The notes under the pieces: model-generated | What the model saw: only the letters and a program-made list of their open reading frames with translations | The model's database searches: none | Told to the model about the DNA's origin: nothing | Translations under genes and position numbers: made by a program | Origin: an uncultured Candidatus Saccharibacteria bacterium | GTDB taxonomy: Bacteria > Patescibacteriota > Doudnabacteria > UBA920 | Reading direction: 5' to 3' | DNA length: 64,000 nucleotides | NCBI GenBank assembly: GCA_964474825.1 | Contig: CAYYWQ010000001.1 | Location: forward strand, 1,189-65,188 | Part shown: positions 17,582 to 27,472 of the stretch, in pieces | Position numbering within the stretch: position 1 is the first letter of the stretch | Layout of the letters: each line of letters starts with the position of its first letter

Positions 17582-18968
17582 AAAAACGAAAATAGTTTGT
17601 ACTTTAGGGCCGACTTCGCAGAGTGTTAAGACTTTAACGGAAATGGTAAAGGCGGGGATGAATGTAGCCAGGCTTAATTTTAGCCATGGCGACCATGAAA
17701 ACCATGCCATGCTTATTCGCAACATCCGCTCCGTTGCTAAAAAGTTAAATACCACTATAACAATTATTCAGGATTTGCACGGGCCCAAAATCCGCGTTTT
17801 GGAAATGAAGGAACCAATCAACGTTAAGGTTGGACAAACTGTAATTATTGGCGAAGACTTTAAACTAGACTTGGACGTAATGAAGTCCATAAGGGCTAAA
17901 CAGAGGATTTTAATAGAAGACGGGCTTATTGAACTGGAGGCGGAAAAAGTAGTGGGCGGCAAAATTTACTGCATTGCCCTTTCTCCGGGGAAAATCCAAA
18001 GCCATAAAGGCGTAAACCTGCCCCGCACCAAACTGCACATTCCTATTCTTACCGACAAAGACATTGCGGATTTAAAATTTGGCTTGGATCAAAATGTGGA
18101 CTATGTTGCGTTGTCTTTTGTCCGCAACGCTAAAGACGTAGTCAAACTTCGGGAGTTAATAGAAAAATATAATCCTAAAACTTTCCAAAAGCCTTTAATT
18201 ATTGCCAAAATAGAAAAACCGGAAGCTGTAAAGAATTTTGATTCCATTTTAAGAGTGACAGATAGCGTTATGGTAGCCAGAGGTGACTTAGGCGTGGAAA
18301 TGCCTGAGAACCAGGTGCCTATTATTCAAAAATCTATAATCCAAAAATGCTTGCATGCCAGTAAGCCCGTAATTGTGGCCACGCAAATGTTAGACAGTAT
18401 GATACGAAATCCACGGCCGACCCGCGCTGAAGTTAGCGACGTGGCCAATGCTGTCATAGACCAAACCGACTGCGTAATGCTTAGCGGCGAAACTGCTTTT
18501 GGAAAGTTCCCGGTTAAAGCCGTAAGCGAAATGGCGCGCATAATTGAAACCACGGAAAAATCTGCCTTCCTGCCTGCTCACAAACATTTAGCCGACCGCA
18601 TTGTAAGCAAGACCGAAGCAGTTGCCGAAAGCGTATTTGATTTAGCTATGCATACCAAAGCTAAGGTAATTGTGGGAGCCACGGAGTCAGGGTTTACCGC
18701 AAGGGAAGTCGCGCACGAGAGGCCTTACCATCAACATTTGGTAATGCTTACTCCCAAGGCCAAAACTTTAAGGCAAATAAATATGATATGGGGAGTCCAG
18801 CCGTTTTTGGTAGGCGAAGCTAAAACTTTTGAAGAATTAATGGAGGTAATGTTGGACACGCTGAAGCAAAAAAAATTGGTAAAAAAAGGCGACAAGGTCG
18901 TGGTCGTAACCGGCGAGCCTTTAGGTCAAAAAGAGAATTTAAATATGGTGGAAGTAAAAACAGTATAA
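17574..18968 (+). CDS. pyk: pyruvate kinase
   Basis: TKIVCTLGP, ARLNFSHG, MVARGDLGVE, ATQMLDSM, MLSGETA. Confidence 0.97.
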   Translation: MNKKTKIVCTLGPTSQSVKTLTEMVKAGMNVARLNFSHGDHENHAMLIRNIRSVAKKLNTTITIIQDLHGPKIRVLEMKEPINVKVGQTVIIGEDFKLDLDVMKSIRAKQRILIEDGLIELEAEKVVGGKIYCIALSPGKIQSHKGVNLPRTKLHIPILTDKDIADLKFGLDQNVDYVALSFVRNAKDVVKLRELIEKYNPKTFQKPLIIAKIEKPEAVKNFDSILRVTDSVMVARGDLGVEMPENQVPIIQKSIIQKCLHASKPVIVATQMLDSMIRNPRPTRAEVSDVANAVIDQTDCVMLSGETAFGKFPVKAVSEMARIIETTEKSAFLPAHKHLADRIVSKTEAVAESVFDLAMHTKAKVIVGATESGFTAREVAHERPYHQHLVMLTPKAKTLRQINMIWGVQPFLVGEAKTFEELMEVMLDTLKQKKLVKKGDKVVVVTGEPLGQKENLNMVEVKTV

Positions 18969-18977
18969 ATTAAATTT

Positions 18978-19295
18978 ATGAGAAAAATACCACGAGAAGG
19001 TTATGAGCCCAAACATGAGCCAACATCTCTCGATGATGTAATGCAAGGCCTGAACAGTTTAGGTATGGTACAGAATGCTATTAGAAATCCCACAGCCGAA
19101 GATATACTGCTTATGGAAAGTATGAAAGAGCAAATAAGGGGGCAAATAAAAGATTTACATGGTCTGGAAGAAATTAAAGCTGGCTTGAGGAAGCAGAAGG
19201 GTGACGATGCAAAGCTTACACTTGCGGCTTTAGAAAGAGCTGATTTAACATGGCTGGATGAATCTAATGATTCTAGTAAAACCGCCCAGGCTTAG
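18978..19295 (+). CDS. hypothetical protein
   Basis: 105-aa ORF between pyk and ppsA. Confidence 0.65.
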   Translation: MRKIPREGYEPKHEPTSLDDVMQGLNSLGMVQNAIRNPTAEDILLMESMKEQIRGQIKDLHGLEEIKAGLRKQKGDDAKLTLAALERADLTWLDESNDSSKTAQA

Positions 19296-19308
19296 TAGGC
19301 GGTTTTTT
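19278..19308 (+). terminator. intrinsic terminator
   Basis: AAAACCGCC...GGCGGTTTTTT. Confidence 0.65.
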
Positions 19309-19332
19309 AATGACAGATTTAAAAAAACAGGA

Positions 19333-19370
19333 TATAATAAAGTTAATGAATCTATCATACTTTGTATGAT
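19333..19370 (+). promoter_or_regulatory. ppsA promoter -10 plus downstream palindromic operator
   Basis: TATAAT at 19333; ATCATAC-TTT-GTATGAT at 19354-19370. Confidence 0.55.
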
Positions 19371-19408
19371 TTTTTAATAAAAATTTATCCTTAATTAAGA
19401 GAGAATTT

Positions 19409-21883
19409 ATGGATCAAGACAGAGACAAAACGTTTATTTTGTGGTTTGACCAAATCAAAAAGGAAGACGTGCATTTGGTCGGCGGCAAGAATGCCAACTT
19501 AGGGGAAATGTTTCAGAATTTAACGAACGCCGAGAGCGCCACATTTAAAGGTGAGAAAATCTCTGTGCCTTACGGTTTTGCCGTAACAGCAGCGGCTTAC
19601 GCTCATTTTATTAAGGAGAATCAGTTAGACGCCAAAATTAGGCAGGCCCTGGAAGGTTTGAACACCCACGACATAAAACAGTTAGAGCAAAAAGGCCAGC
19701 AGGTCAGGCAATTAATTTTGGAAGCCGACTTCCCAACAGATTTGCGCCAGCAAATTAAGACAGCTTTTGAAGAACTGGGCAAGAAATTAAAACTTACCTC
19801 ACAGGAATTAGATGTAGCTGTTAGGTCCAGTGCCACAGCGGAAGATTTACCAGACGCCAGCTTTGCCGGGCAACAGGAAAGTTACTTAAACGTTCGTGGT
19901 GAATACGAACTTTTGGAAGCTATTAAAAAAGCTTTCGCATCTTTGTTTACCAACCGAGCTATTTCTTATCGTGTTGACCAGAAGTTTGACCATTTTGAAG
20001 TTAAGCTTTCTGTTGCCGTGCAAAAAATGGCAAGGTCCGACAGAGGGGCCAGCGGCGTGGTCTTTACACTGGACACCGAAAGCGGTTTTAAAGATTTAGT
20101 TTTAATTAACGCCTCCTGGGGTTTGGGTGAGTTTGTGGTTAAGGGTGTTGTTACCCCGGACGAATATAAAGTTTTTAAGCCAACTTTGCGTAAAGGTTTT
20201 AAGGCAGTTATAAGCAAAAAAATTGGCAGTAAAGAGAAAAAGTTAATTTACGCTACGGAAGGCACTCAGGCCACTAAAGAATTGCCAGTTGCCGAAGCAG
20301 ACCGTCACCGTTTTGTTTTAAACGACGAGCAAATAATGAAGCTGGCCAAATGGGCAGTTATAATAGAAGACCACTATGGCAGGCCAATGGACATTGAATG
20401 GGCCTACGATGGCTTAGACCAGACTTTATACATTGTGCAGGCCAGGCCGGAGACAGTGCAGGCGCGAAAGAGCGGCACGGTTTTGGAAGAGTTTGTTATG
20501 GAAGAAAAGAATGGTAAAGTCTTGGTAACCGGCGCTGCCGTTGGTGCTAAAATTGGTCAGGGCAAGGCCCATTATATTAAAGACGCAACTCAAATTTCTG
20601 AGTTCAAAAAAGGTGAAGTATTGCTTACGGAAATTACAGATCCAGACTGGGAACCAATCATGAAAATAGCTTCCGCTATTGTAACCAACAGCGGCGGCAG
20701 GACTTCGCATGCTGCTATTGTTTCGCGCGAACTTGGTATTCCGGCTATTGTAGGTTGTGGCCATGCTACAGAGGTTATTAAAGACGGGCAGGAAATTACA
20801 GCGTCATGCGCAGAAGGTGAAGTAGGAAAAGTTTATGAAGGCCTTCTTAAATATGAAGTTAAACGCCATGACTTAACAGACTTCCAGCCCCCAAAGACAG
20901 ACATTAAAATGATAGCCGCAGACCCAGAGCTGGCTTTTAGCCACTGCTTTACACCGAACAAAGGAGTAGGTTTGGCGCGCGTGGAATTTGTTATTTCCAA
21001 CTTTATTAAAATCCACCCTAATGCGTTAATAGATTACGAAAAGTTAACAGATAAAACCGTTAAAGAACAAATAGACGAACTCACAGCCGGATATCCTGAC
21101 AAAGTGGAATATTATTTGAATAAGTTTGCTTACGGTGTGGCCCAGTTGGCCGCGGCGTTTTACCCTTATGATGTATTGCTCCGTTTCTCTGACTTCAAAA
21201 GCAACGAGTACGCCAACTTAATTGGCGGTAAACTTTATGAGCCGGAAGAAGAAAATCCAATGCTTGGTTGGCGCGGAGCCAGCCGTTACTATGACCCAAA
21301 ATTCCAAAAAGCTTTTGCTTTGGAATGCGAGGCAGTAAAAAAAGTTCGTGAAGAAATGGGTCTGTGGAATTTAAGCGTTATGATTCCGTTCTGCAGAACA
21401 CCTGAAGAAGGTAAAAAAGTTGTAGAAGAAATAAACAAGAACGGTTTAACCAGCCGCATAACTCCTGAACAGCGTAAGAAAAAGAAAAACGGCGACTTGG
21501 TGGAAGCCATGGAAATTTGGGTTATGGCCGAAATTCCTTCCAACATTTTGCAGGTAGACGAATTCGCGGAAATTTTTGACGGCTTCTCTATTGGCTCTAA
21601 CGACTTGACCCAGTTAACATTGGGATTAGACCGTGACAACAAAAACATTGCCCACATTGGCAATGAAAGAAGTAAGGCTGTTGCCAAGTTGATCCACATG
21701 CTCATTACCGAAGCCCACGCCCGCGGCCTGAAAGTCGGCATTTGCGGCCAAGGCCCTTCCGACTTCCCGGACTTTGGTGAATACTTGGTGAAAGAAGGAA
21801 TAGACTCAATATCAATCAACCCAGACACAGTCCTTAAAGCCAATATTCAAATTAAGGAAGTAGAAGACAAGATGGGGAAGTAG
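19409..21883 (+). CDS. ppsA: phosphoenolpyruvate synthase
   Basis: VGGKNANLGEM, AVRSSATAEDLP, GGRTSHAAIVSRE, FSIGSNDLTQ, GICGQGPSD. Confidence 0.97.
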   Translation: MDQDRDKTFILWFDQIKKEDVHLVGGKNANLGEMFQNLTNAESATFKGEKISVPYGFAVTAAAYAHFIKENQLDAKIRQALEGLNTHDIKQLEQKGQQVRQLILEADFPTDLRQQIKTAFEELGKKLKLTSQELDVAVRSSATAEDLPDASFAGQQESYLNVRGEYELLEAIKKAFASLFTNRAISYRVDQKFDHFEVKLSVAVQKMARSDRGASGVVFTLDTESGFKDLVLINASWGLGEFVVKGVVTPDEYKVFKPTLRKGFKAVISKKIGSKEKKLIYATEGTQATKELPVAEADRHRFVLNDEQIMKLAKWAVIIEDHYGRPMDIEWAYDGLDQTLYIVQARPETVQARKSGTVLEEFVMEEKNGKVLVTGAAVGAKIGQGKAHYIKDATQISEFKKGEVLLTEITDPDWEPIMKIASAIVTNSGGRTSHAAIVSRELGIPAIVGCGHATEVIKDGQEITASCAEGEVGKVYEGLLKYEVKRHDLTDFQPPKTDIKMIAADPELAFSHCFTPNKGVGLARVEFVISNFIKIHPNALIDYEKLTDKTVKEQIDELTAGYPDKVEYYLNKFAYGVAQLAAAFYPYDVLLRFSDFKSNEYANLIGGKLYEPEEENPMLGWRGASRYYDPKFQKAFALECEAVKKVREEMGLWNLSVMIPFCRTPEEGKKVVEEINKNGLTSRITPEQRKKKKNGDLVEAMEIWVMAEIPSNILQVDEFAEIFDGFSIGSNDLTQLTLGLDRDNKNIAHIGNERSKAVAKLIHMLITEAHARGLKVGICGQGPSDFPDFGEYLVKEGIDSISINPDTVLKANIQIKEVEDKMGK

Positions 21884-21909
21884 ATCCTATCGATAACTAT
21901 CGCTATTAC

Positions 21910-21941
21910 AAAAACACCCCCGCAAAGGCAGGGGTGTTTTT
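21910..21941. terminator. bidirectional intrinsic terminator
   Basis: AAAAACACCCC...GGGGTGTTTTT between convergent genes. Confidence 0.75.
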
Positions 21942-21949
21942 GATATCTA

Positions 21950-22759
21950 TTAAGGCTTGGCTGTTTCAATAAACGGCTCGTACATCATGATTGCGTGGTT
22001 TTCGGTAATGAGTTCGTCTTTAATTAATTTATTTTGTGGGTCTGTAATTTTTCGGAAAATGGAATTGTGCCTGGTGTAGCCGCCCCACCATTCGTGGTTT
22101 ATGTGGTGGGATTTTTCATAAACTTCGTAGTTAAAGTTGGAGGGGGTATTTGACCGCCATTGTCCAATTAGTTGGTCTTTGGTTAAATTAATTTTAAGTT
22201 GGAAAGTGGCGGAGGTGGGATTAACTATTTGCAAGTCTATATTTGGATAAGCGCAGGTGGCGCCGCTGCCAAAGGGCAGGGTGCGGTTTGCGTCCGGGAA
22301 GACGTCGTACGAATGGCGCCACCGTTCTACTACCTGTAGGGGAGTATGCAGTGTTGCCCAATAAATTAAGTTGCTGACTTGGCATAAACCCCCGCCAGTC
22401 CCGGATTTTACTAACCCGTTGTGGAGTACCATGCCGGTTTTATAGCCGCGGCGTTTAGTTGGCCGGCCAATTAATTTCCAAAAAGAAAATATTTCCCCAG
22501 GGCCTAAAAGCAAACCGTTTATGTGCTGCGCTGCAATTTTTAGGTTGGTAATTTTATTGTGCTGTAAGTGCATATCAACATTGCGAAGCTTGCGCAGCAG
22601 GGTGGATTGGTGCGTAAAAATAACATAAGGAAGTTCTTCCGCTTGAATGCGGCTGGCAAAAGGCAACTTAGAAAAATGCCAGTAAAGTTTTTTTCTAGCT
22701 GTAAAATAAAAACTTCCAAGTATTTTGCGCAGGCGAGACCGGGCTTTAGGTTTGTCCAT
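21950..22759 (-). CDS. VanW family protein
   Basis: FSFWKLIG, GGGLCQVSN, ERWRHSYDVFPD. Confidence 0.88.
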   Translation of the reverse strand: MDKPKARSRLRKILGSFYFTARKKLYWHFSKLPFASRIQAEELPYVIFTHQSTLLRKLRNVDMHLQHNKITNLKIAAQHINGLLLGPGEIFSFWKLIGRPTKRRGYKTGMVLHNGLVKSGTGGGLCQVSNLIYWATLHTPLQVVERWRHSYDVFPDANRTLPFGSGATCAYPNIDLQIVNPTSATFQLKINLTKDQLIGQWRSNTPSNFNYEVYEKSHHINHEWWGGYTRHNSIFRKITDPQNKLIKDELITENHAIMMYEPFIETAKP

Positions 22760-22894
22760 AAATATTGCTTAGCAATGTTAGGGGAATTATATAATATAAA
22801 GCTTGAATTGTCAGGGGCTTTGCTCTTGATAAAGGCCTGTTTTAAGTGTAAAATTAAGCATCGCAGTTTTTGTTTGAATCTGAACGGAGGCCGT

Positions 22895-23749
22895 ATGTTC
22901 AAGTTGTTTTTGCGTTTACAGTTGTGGCTGGTAAAGGCGGCAGAGTGGATCCCGCTGGGGAACTATAAACCCGCAAGAACCAAAGCCCGGCAACTCAACG
23001 GTAGGACAGTGCTTCTCATCTGCGCTCACTGCGACGATGAGTCCATGTCCATGATGCCGTTGGGCGTTCGATACCAGGAGGAAGGCTACCAAGTCGTATG
23101 CCTGACCTTAACCATAGGCAAAGAACCTAAAGACAAAGTCCGGCGCAGAAAGGAGCTGCTAAAGGCCTGTAACTTTATGGGGATACAAAGTGTGCTATTG
23201 GTGCACGAGGGAGTGTTGCGGGAGATCAAAAGCAAGGACCCCGCAGATCACGAAATCGTTATCTCGAGGCTGACTCGAGAGATTGCTATAGTTCGGCCGC
23301 ACACTATTATTCTCCACGGCCTGGACCGGCACCCTGACCACATCGCGGTTTGTAATTTCACGCTGGAAGCACTCAAGCGTATGCCCGGATTTAGTTGTGT
23401 GTTGGCTTTCTCTGAGTTCTGGGGAAAGCTGACGCGGCCAAACGTCCAGGTCCAAATTTCAGTCAAGAACTTAGCGTTCTTGCTGAAAGCGCTTTCGTTC
23501 CACGTTGGCGAACTGAGTCGCAATCCATACCACCTGCTCTGGCCGTTCATGCTCATGCTGAACCGCCTGTACAGTGAAGTGGTATCAGGGTGGGGAGGAA
23601 AAGCTACACCCTTCCCTCTGTCGGCGTTGTACGAGGTGGTCCTGTGTACCGACGGCATGGTGAGCGATTTCATTAAACCGCCCGAAGGCGCCAACGGGAT
23701 CCAACTTGCGCTTACGGACTCCCTTTCCACTTTAATGCCCAGCAACTAA
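22895..23749 (+). CDS. PIG-L family deacetylase
   Basis: AHCDDE and HPDH motifs; start reassigned to ATG 22895 after GGAGG. Confidence 0.85.
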   Translation: MFKLFLRLQLWLVKAAEWIPLGNYKPARTKARQLNGRTVLLICAHCDDESMSMMPLGVRYQEEGYQVVCLTLTIGKEPKDKVRRRKELLKACNFMGIQSVLLVHEGVLREIKSKDPADHEIVISRLTREIAIVRPHTIILHGLDRHPDHIAVCNFTLEALKRMPGFSCVLAFSEFWGKLTRPNVQVQISVKNLAFLLKALSFHVGELSRNPYHLLWPFMLMLNRLYSEVVSGWGGKATPFPLSALYEVVLCTDGMVSDFIKPPEGANGIQLALTDSLSTLMPSN

Positions 23750-23906
23750 CAACTCTATGAAAACTGAGGCCGGCGGCAGCGTTTAGCAGACAGTTATCGC
23801 TAAACGAGCCGCCGGTTGCTTGTTTGTAAATTCAGTTTAATTTAAAATAAATGCCCTGGCTTTTATCTGCTGTTTATGATAAAATAATCAAGACTTTTGC
23901 GACCAT

Positions 23907-23996
23907 GGAAGCGTCGCATAGTGGTCGAGTGCACCGCCTTGGAAAGGCGGCAGGGTGTTACAGCCCTCAAGGGTTCGAATCCCTTCGCTTCCGCCA
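23907..23996 (+). tRNA. tRNA-Ser(GGA)
   Basis: acceptor GGAAGCG/CGCTTCC, anticodon arm CCGCC-TTGGAAA-GGCGG, long variable arm, TTCGAAT, encoded CCA. Confidence 0.96.
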
Positions 23997-24076
23997 TAAA
24001 AAACGCAAATAATTTTGCGTTTTTTATGCGCCAAAAACAAGTTGCGGGTATTATTGTTAGGGTTTAATATACATGT

Positions 24077-25837
24077 ATGGCAGACCAAATGCTCCAAGAA
24101 ATTAAAGACCGTTTGAATGTTGCGGATGTCCTTTCTTCATATATTCAAATAAAAAAGGCCGGGCCTAATTTTAAGGCGCTGTGTCCTTTTCATGGTGAAA
24201 AAACACCTTCTTTTCAAATAAGTCCGCAAAAGCAAATTTGGCATTGCTTTGGCTGCCATGAGGGTGGTGATATTTTTGGGTTTGTAATGCGTTATGAGAA
24301 TGTAGACTTTAAGGAAGCTTTAAAAATTTTAGCCCAAAAAGCCGGAGTGCAGCTTCCGCAATACCGTCCTGCAAGCCCACAGGAACAAACGGAAAAAGAA
24401 TTACTGTTTAGGATTAACGACTTTGCCGCTCGCTATTACCATGAACTTTTAATAAAAGACAAGCGGGGAGCGGAGGCCTTAACTTATTTAAAAAACAGGG
24501 GGCTTACACTGGACACCATAAAAAAATGGCAAATTGGTTTTGCGCCGGACGACTTTCATACTTTGGAGCAGGCTTTAGGCAAAAAGAAAATAGCTCCGGC
24601 TATGCTAGTTAAAGCAGGAGTCTCAGCCAAGAATGAGCGCGGCCAAATTTATGACAGGTTTAGGGGTAGGGTAACTTTTCCTATTTATAATTACAACGGC
24701 GAAACAGTTGGGTTTTCGGCAAGAATATTGAAAGATGACGGAAAATCCGCCAAGTACGTAAACTCTCCGGAAACTTTAATTTATAGCAAAAGCAAAGTTT
24801 TGTTTGGTTTGAATTTTGCCAAAAATTCTGTTCGTAAGAATGACGAGGCGATTGTTGTAGAGGGTCAAATGGACTGCATTGCAGCTCACCAGGCTGGGTT
24901 TACCAATGTTGTGGCTAGCAGCGGCACAGCGCTTACATCTGACCAACTGGACTTGCTAGGCCGCCTAACCAGAACTTTAAAATTTTGTTTTGACGCGGAC
25001 GCGGCAGGCCTTGAGGCCACCAAACGTTCTGCCTCTATGTATATGGGACGGGATTATGTTATTAAAATTATTGAATTGGCCGGCGGCAAAGACCCGGACG
25101 ACGTAATTAAAAATAATCCGCAAGATTTTAAAAAGCAGGTGGCCGACGCCAGACTGTTTTTAGACTTTTATATAGACAAGCTGTTTGCTGATTTTAACAG
25201 CTCGTCTGTCCAGCAAAAGAAATTGGTAGCCAAGGAAATTTTACCGTTAATTAAATTACTTACTGACCCTGTTGAGCAGGATCATTATGTAAAGATTTTG
25301 GCCGGAAAATTTAACACTCAATCTAAAGTTTTGTGGGAAGCTTTGGATAAAATTAAGAAAACAACCGCTCCAAGTACTGCAGCATCTGTTAACCAGGTTT
25401 CTGCCGCCAGAGTTTCCCAAGAGGCTTTTTTGGAAAAACAATTGCTTGGGGGAATGCTGCTTTATCCGGATTTTGCCTCCTTTCTTCTAAAACAGGCCTC
25501 TCCGGACGAGTTTAGCGACTCTATTATTAGGGAACTGGTAACCAAACTTGGGTCTGGGCAAGCTTTTGAGATCAAGGCTGAGGTAGTAGCCAAGGAAGCC
25601 CTTTTTATGGTAGAATCACAACGTGATCAATTGGAGGGTGGTAGTGAGCAGCAATTGCGGGAGCTTCGAAAGACTTTCGCGATTTTTAAGCTGGCTGGCA
25701 TAAAAAGGCAGCAGCAACGGCTAAATATGGAAATCAGGCAGGCTGAAACAGCGGGTAATAAAGACCAGATTCATAAGTTGACTGAAGAATTTGCAAAGAG
25801 CGCAAAGCTCCGAATGGAATTTGAGAAATCTATTTAA
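24077..25837 (+). CDS. dnaG: DNA primase
   Basis: CPFHGEKTPSF..CFGC zinc finger, KYVNSPET, VEGQMD, FDADAAG. Confidence 0.97.
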   Translation: MADQMLQEIKDRLNVADVLSSYIQIKKAGPNFKALCPFHGEKTPSFQISPQKQIWHCFGCHEGGDIFGFVMRYENVDFKEALKILAQKAGVQLPQYRPASPQEQTEKELLFRINDFAARYYHELLIKDKRGAEALTYLKNRGLTLDTIKKWQIGFAPDDFHTLEQALGKKKIAPAMLVKAGVSAKNERGQIYDRFRGRVTFPIYNYNGETVGFSARILKDDGKSAKYVNSPETLIYSKSKVLFGLNFAKNSVRKNDEAIVVEGQMDCIAAHQAGFTNVVASSGTALTSDQLDLLGRLTRTLKFCFDADAAGLEATKRSASMYMGRDYVIKIIELAGGKDPDDVIKNNPQDFKKQVADARLFLDFYIDKLFADFNSSSVQQKKLVAKEILPLIKLLTDPVEQDHYVKILAGKFNTQSKVLWEALDKIKKTTAPSTAASVNQVSAARVSQEAFLEKQLLGGMLLYPDFASFLLKQASPDEFSDSIIRELVTKLGSGQAFEIKAEVVAKEALFMVESQRDQLEGGSEQQLRELRKTFAIFKLAGIKRQQQRLNMEIRQAETAGNKDQIHKLTEEFAKSAKLRMEFEKSI

Positions 25838-25857
25838 TAAGTGGGATTTAAGATTTT

Positions 25858-27114
25858 ATGGTAAAAAAGAAGAAGCCGCAAAAACTTAAAAAGAAATTCC
25901 TTCGCAAAATTAAAGCGAAGAATTTTAAACATGTCTCTAAGCCTAAAGTAAAGGCTAAGGTAAAAAAGGCGGCAGCCAAACCTTCCGAAACTGCCGGAGT
26001 TATCCGCGACGAAAAAATAATGGCGCAGTTAATGGAGAAGTCCTTGGAGCGCGGTTTTGTAACCGAAGCGGAACTGCTTCATGCGCTTCCTCAATTTGAA
26101 GACAATATAGCTGAATTGGAAGCCGTAATGGAAGCTTTGGAAAAGCGCGGCGTGGAAATTGTTGACCAGGAAGTGGCTAGTGTTTGGGAGCAGAATAAAA
26201 AGCCCGAAACTGTAGTTCAGCAAAAGACCGGCAAAGGCAAGAAAAAGAAGCAGTCTGAAGACGTAGATGCTTTTGATTTAGGAGACATTTACGACGACAG
26301 CATTCAAATGTATTTGCGCGAAATTGGTAAAGTTTCCTTAATTTCAGGAGCTGAAGAAATAGATTTAGCCAAACGAATTGCAAAAGGCGACGTAGCGGCC
26401 CGCAAAAAACTTACCGAAGCTAACCTGCGTTTGGTTGTGAGCATTGCCAAAAAATATATGGGCAGGAATTTGGGCCTTTTGGATTTAATACAAGAAGGTA
26501 ATTTAGGGTTATTCCGCGCCGTAGAAAAGTTTGACTGGACCAAAGGCTATAAATTTTCCACTTACGCTACCTGGTGGATCCGTCAGGCTATAACCCGCGC
26601 CCTTGCCGACCAAAGCCGTACCATCCGCATTCCTGTGCACATGGTGGAGACCTTAAACAAATACGCGCAGGCCGAACGGTCGCTCGTTCAAGATTTAGGA
26701 CGCGAGCCTTTGCCAGAAGAAATTGCCGCGGAAATGGGCATTGAGGTTGAAAAAGTTTATCATCTCAAGAAGATTTCCCAGGAAACGGTTTCCATAGACG
26801 CTCCGGTGGGGGAAGATGACGGTGAAGATTCTTACCTCGGCGATTTTATTGTAGACGAAGACACTACCAAGCCCAACGAAGTTGCGGGCAGGCAAATTCT
26901 AAAAGAATATGTGGGAAATGTTTTGAAAGACTTGGATCCGCGCGAACAAAAAATCCTAAAAATGCGTTTTGGTTTGGAAGACGGTGTTACCCATACCCTG
27001 GAAGAAGTCGGTGAAGAATTTGGCGTCACCCGCGAGCGCATTCGGCAAATTGAAAGCAAGGCTTTAGAGCGCATTAGGGAACATATAGATATAAATAAAT
27101 TAAGAGATTACTAG
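25858..27114 (+). CDS. rpoD: primary RNA polymerase sigma factor with Lys-rich N-terminal tail
   Basis: [36 protein letters not shown]. Confidence 0.97.
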   Translation: MVKKKKPQKLKKKFLRKIKAKNFKHVSKPKVKAKVKKAAAKPSETAGVIRDEKIMAQLMEKSLERGFVTEAELLHALPQFEDNIAELEAVMEALEKRGVEIVDQEVASVWEQNKKPETVVQQKTGKGKKKKQSEDVDAFDLGDIYDDSIQMYLREIGKVSLISGAEEIDLAKRIAKGDVAARKKLTEANLRLVVSIAKKYMGRNLGLLDLIQEGNLGLFRAVEKFDWTKGYKFSTYATWWIRQAITRALADQSRTIRIPVHMVETLNKYAQAERSLVQDLGREPLPEEIAAEMGIEVEKVYHLKKISQETVSIDAPVGEDDGEDSYLGDFIVDEDTTKPNEVAGRQILKEYVGNVLKDLDPREQKILKMRFGLEDGVTHTLEEVGEEFGVTRERIRQIESKALERIREHIDINKLRDY

Positions 27115-27153
27115 AACACACAGCATAAAGCAGATAGCATTTAGTAGTTAGAT

Positions 27154-27184
27154 AAAATCCGCCCTTAAACTGGGGCGGATTTTT
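27154..27184 (+). terminator. rpoD terminator
   Basis: AAAATCCGCCC...GGGCGGATTTT. Confidence 0.8.
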
Positions 27185-27268
27185 ATTTTGTGGTTAAATA
27201 AAAGTATTTTTTGGCCGTGGTGGATAACTTTTATTGACCTTAGATTTTGACGGGCGTAAACTTGAAAT

Positions 27269-27448
27269 AGAAAGGAACGTAATAGATGCAAAGAGGAGTA
27301 ACTGCAGGTTAGCTTTCCCAAGCTTCTGCGAAAAACCCTTGCGGCCGGTTAGGCCATAATGCATCAGCATTAACAAAAGAACATCGCCTATGGGGAAAGC
27401 TAACCCTTTGTAAAACCCCTTCTATCCTTATTAGGACGAAGGGGTTTT
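27269..27448 (+). ncRNA. candidate small RNA (promoter, long hairpin, terminator; possibly 6S-like)
   Basis: TTGACC-17-TAAACT at 27234-27262; perfect 13-bp stem GGTTAGCTTTCCC/GGGAAAGCTAACC; terminator AAAACCCCTTC...GAAGGGGTTTT. Confidence 0.5.
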
Positions 27449-27472
27449 GCTTTTGTATGAGTTAAATTTATC

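Noticed and set aside
22568-22894. Long N-terminal extension of the PIG-L ORF
   Set aside because: Overlaps vanW on the opposite strand; SD and promoter support ATG 22895
23888-24097. 69-aa minus-strand ORF
   Set aside because: Antisense to tRNA-Ser
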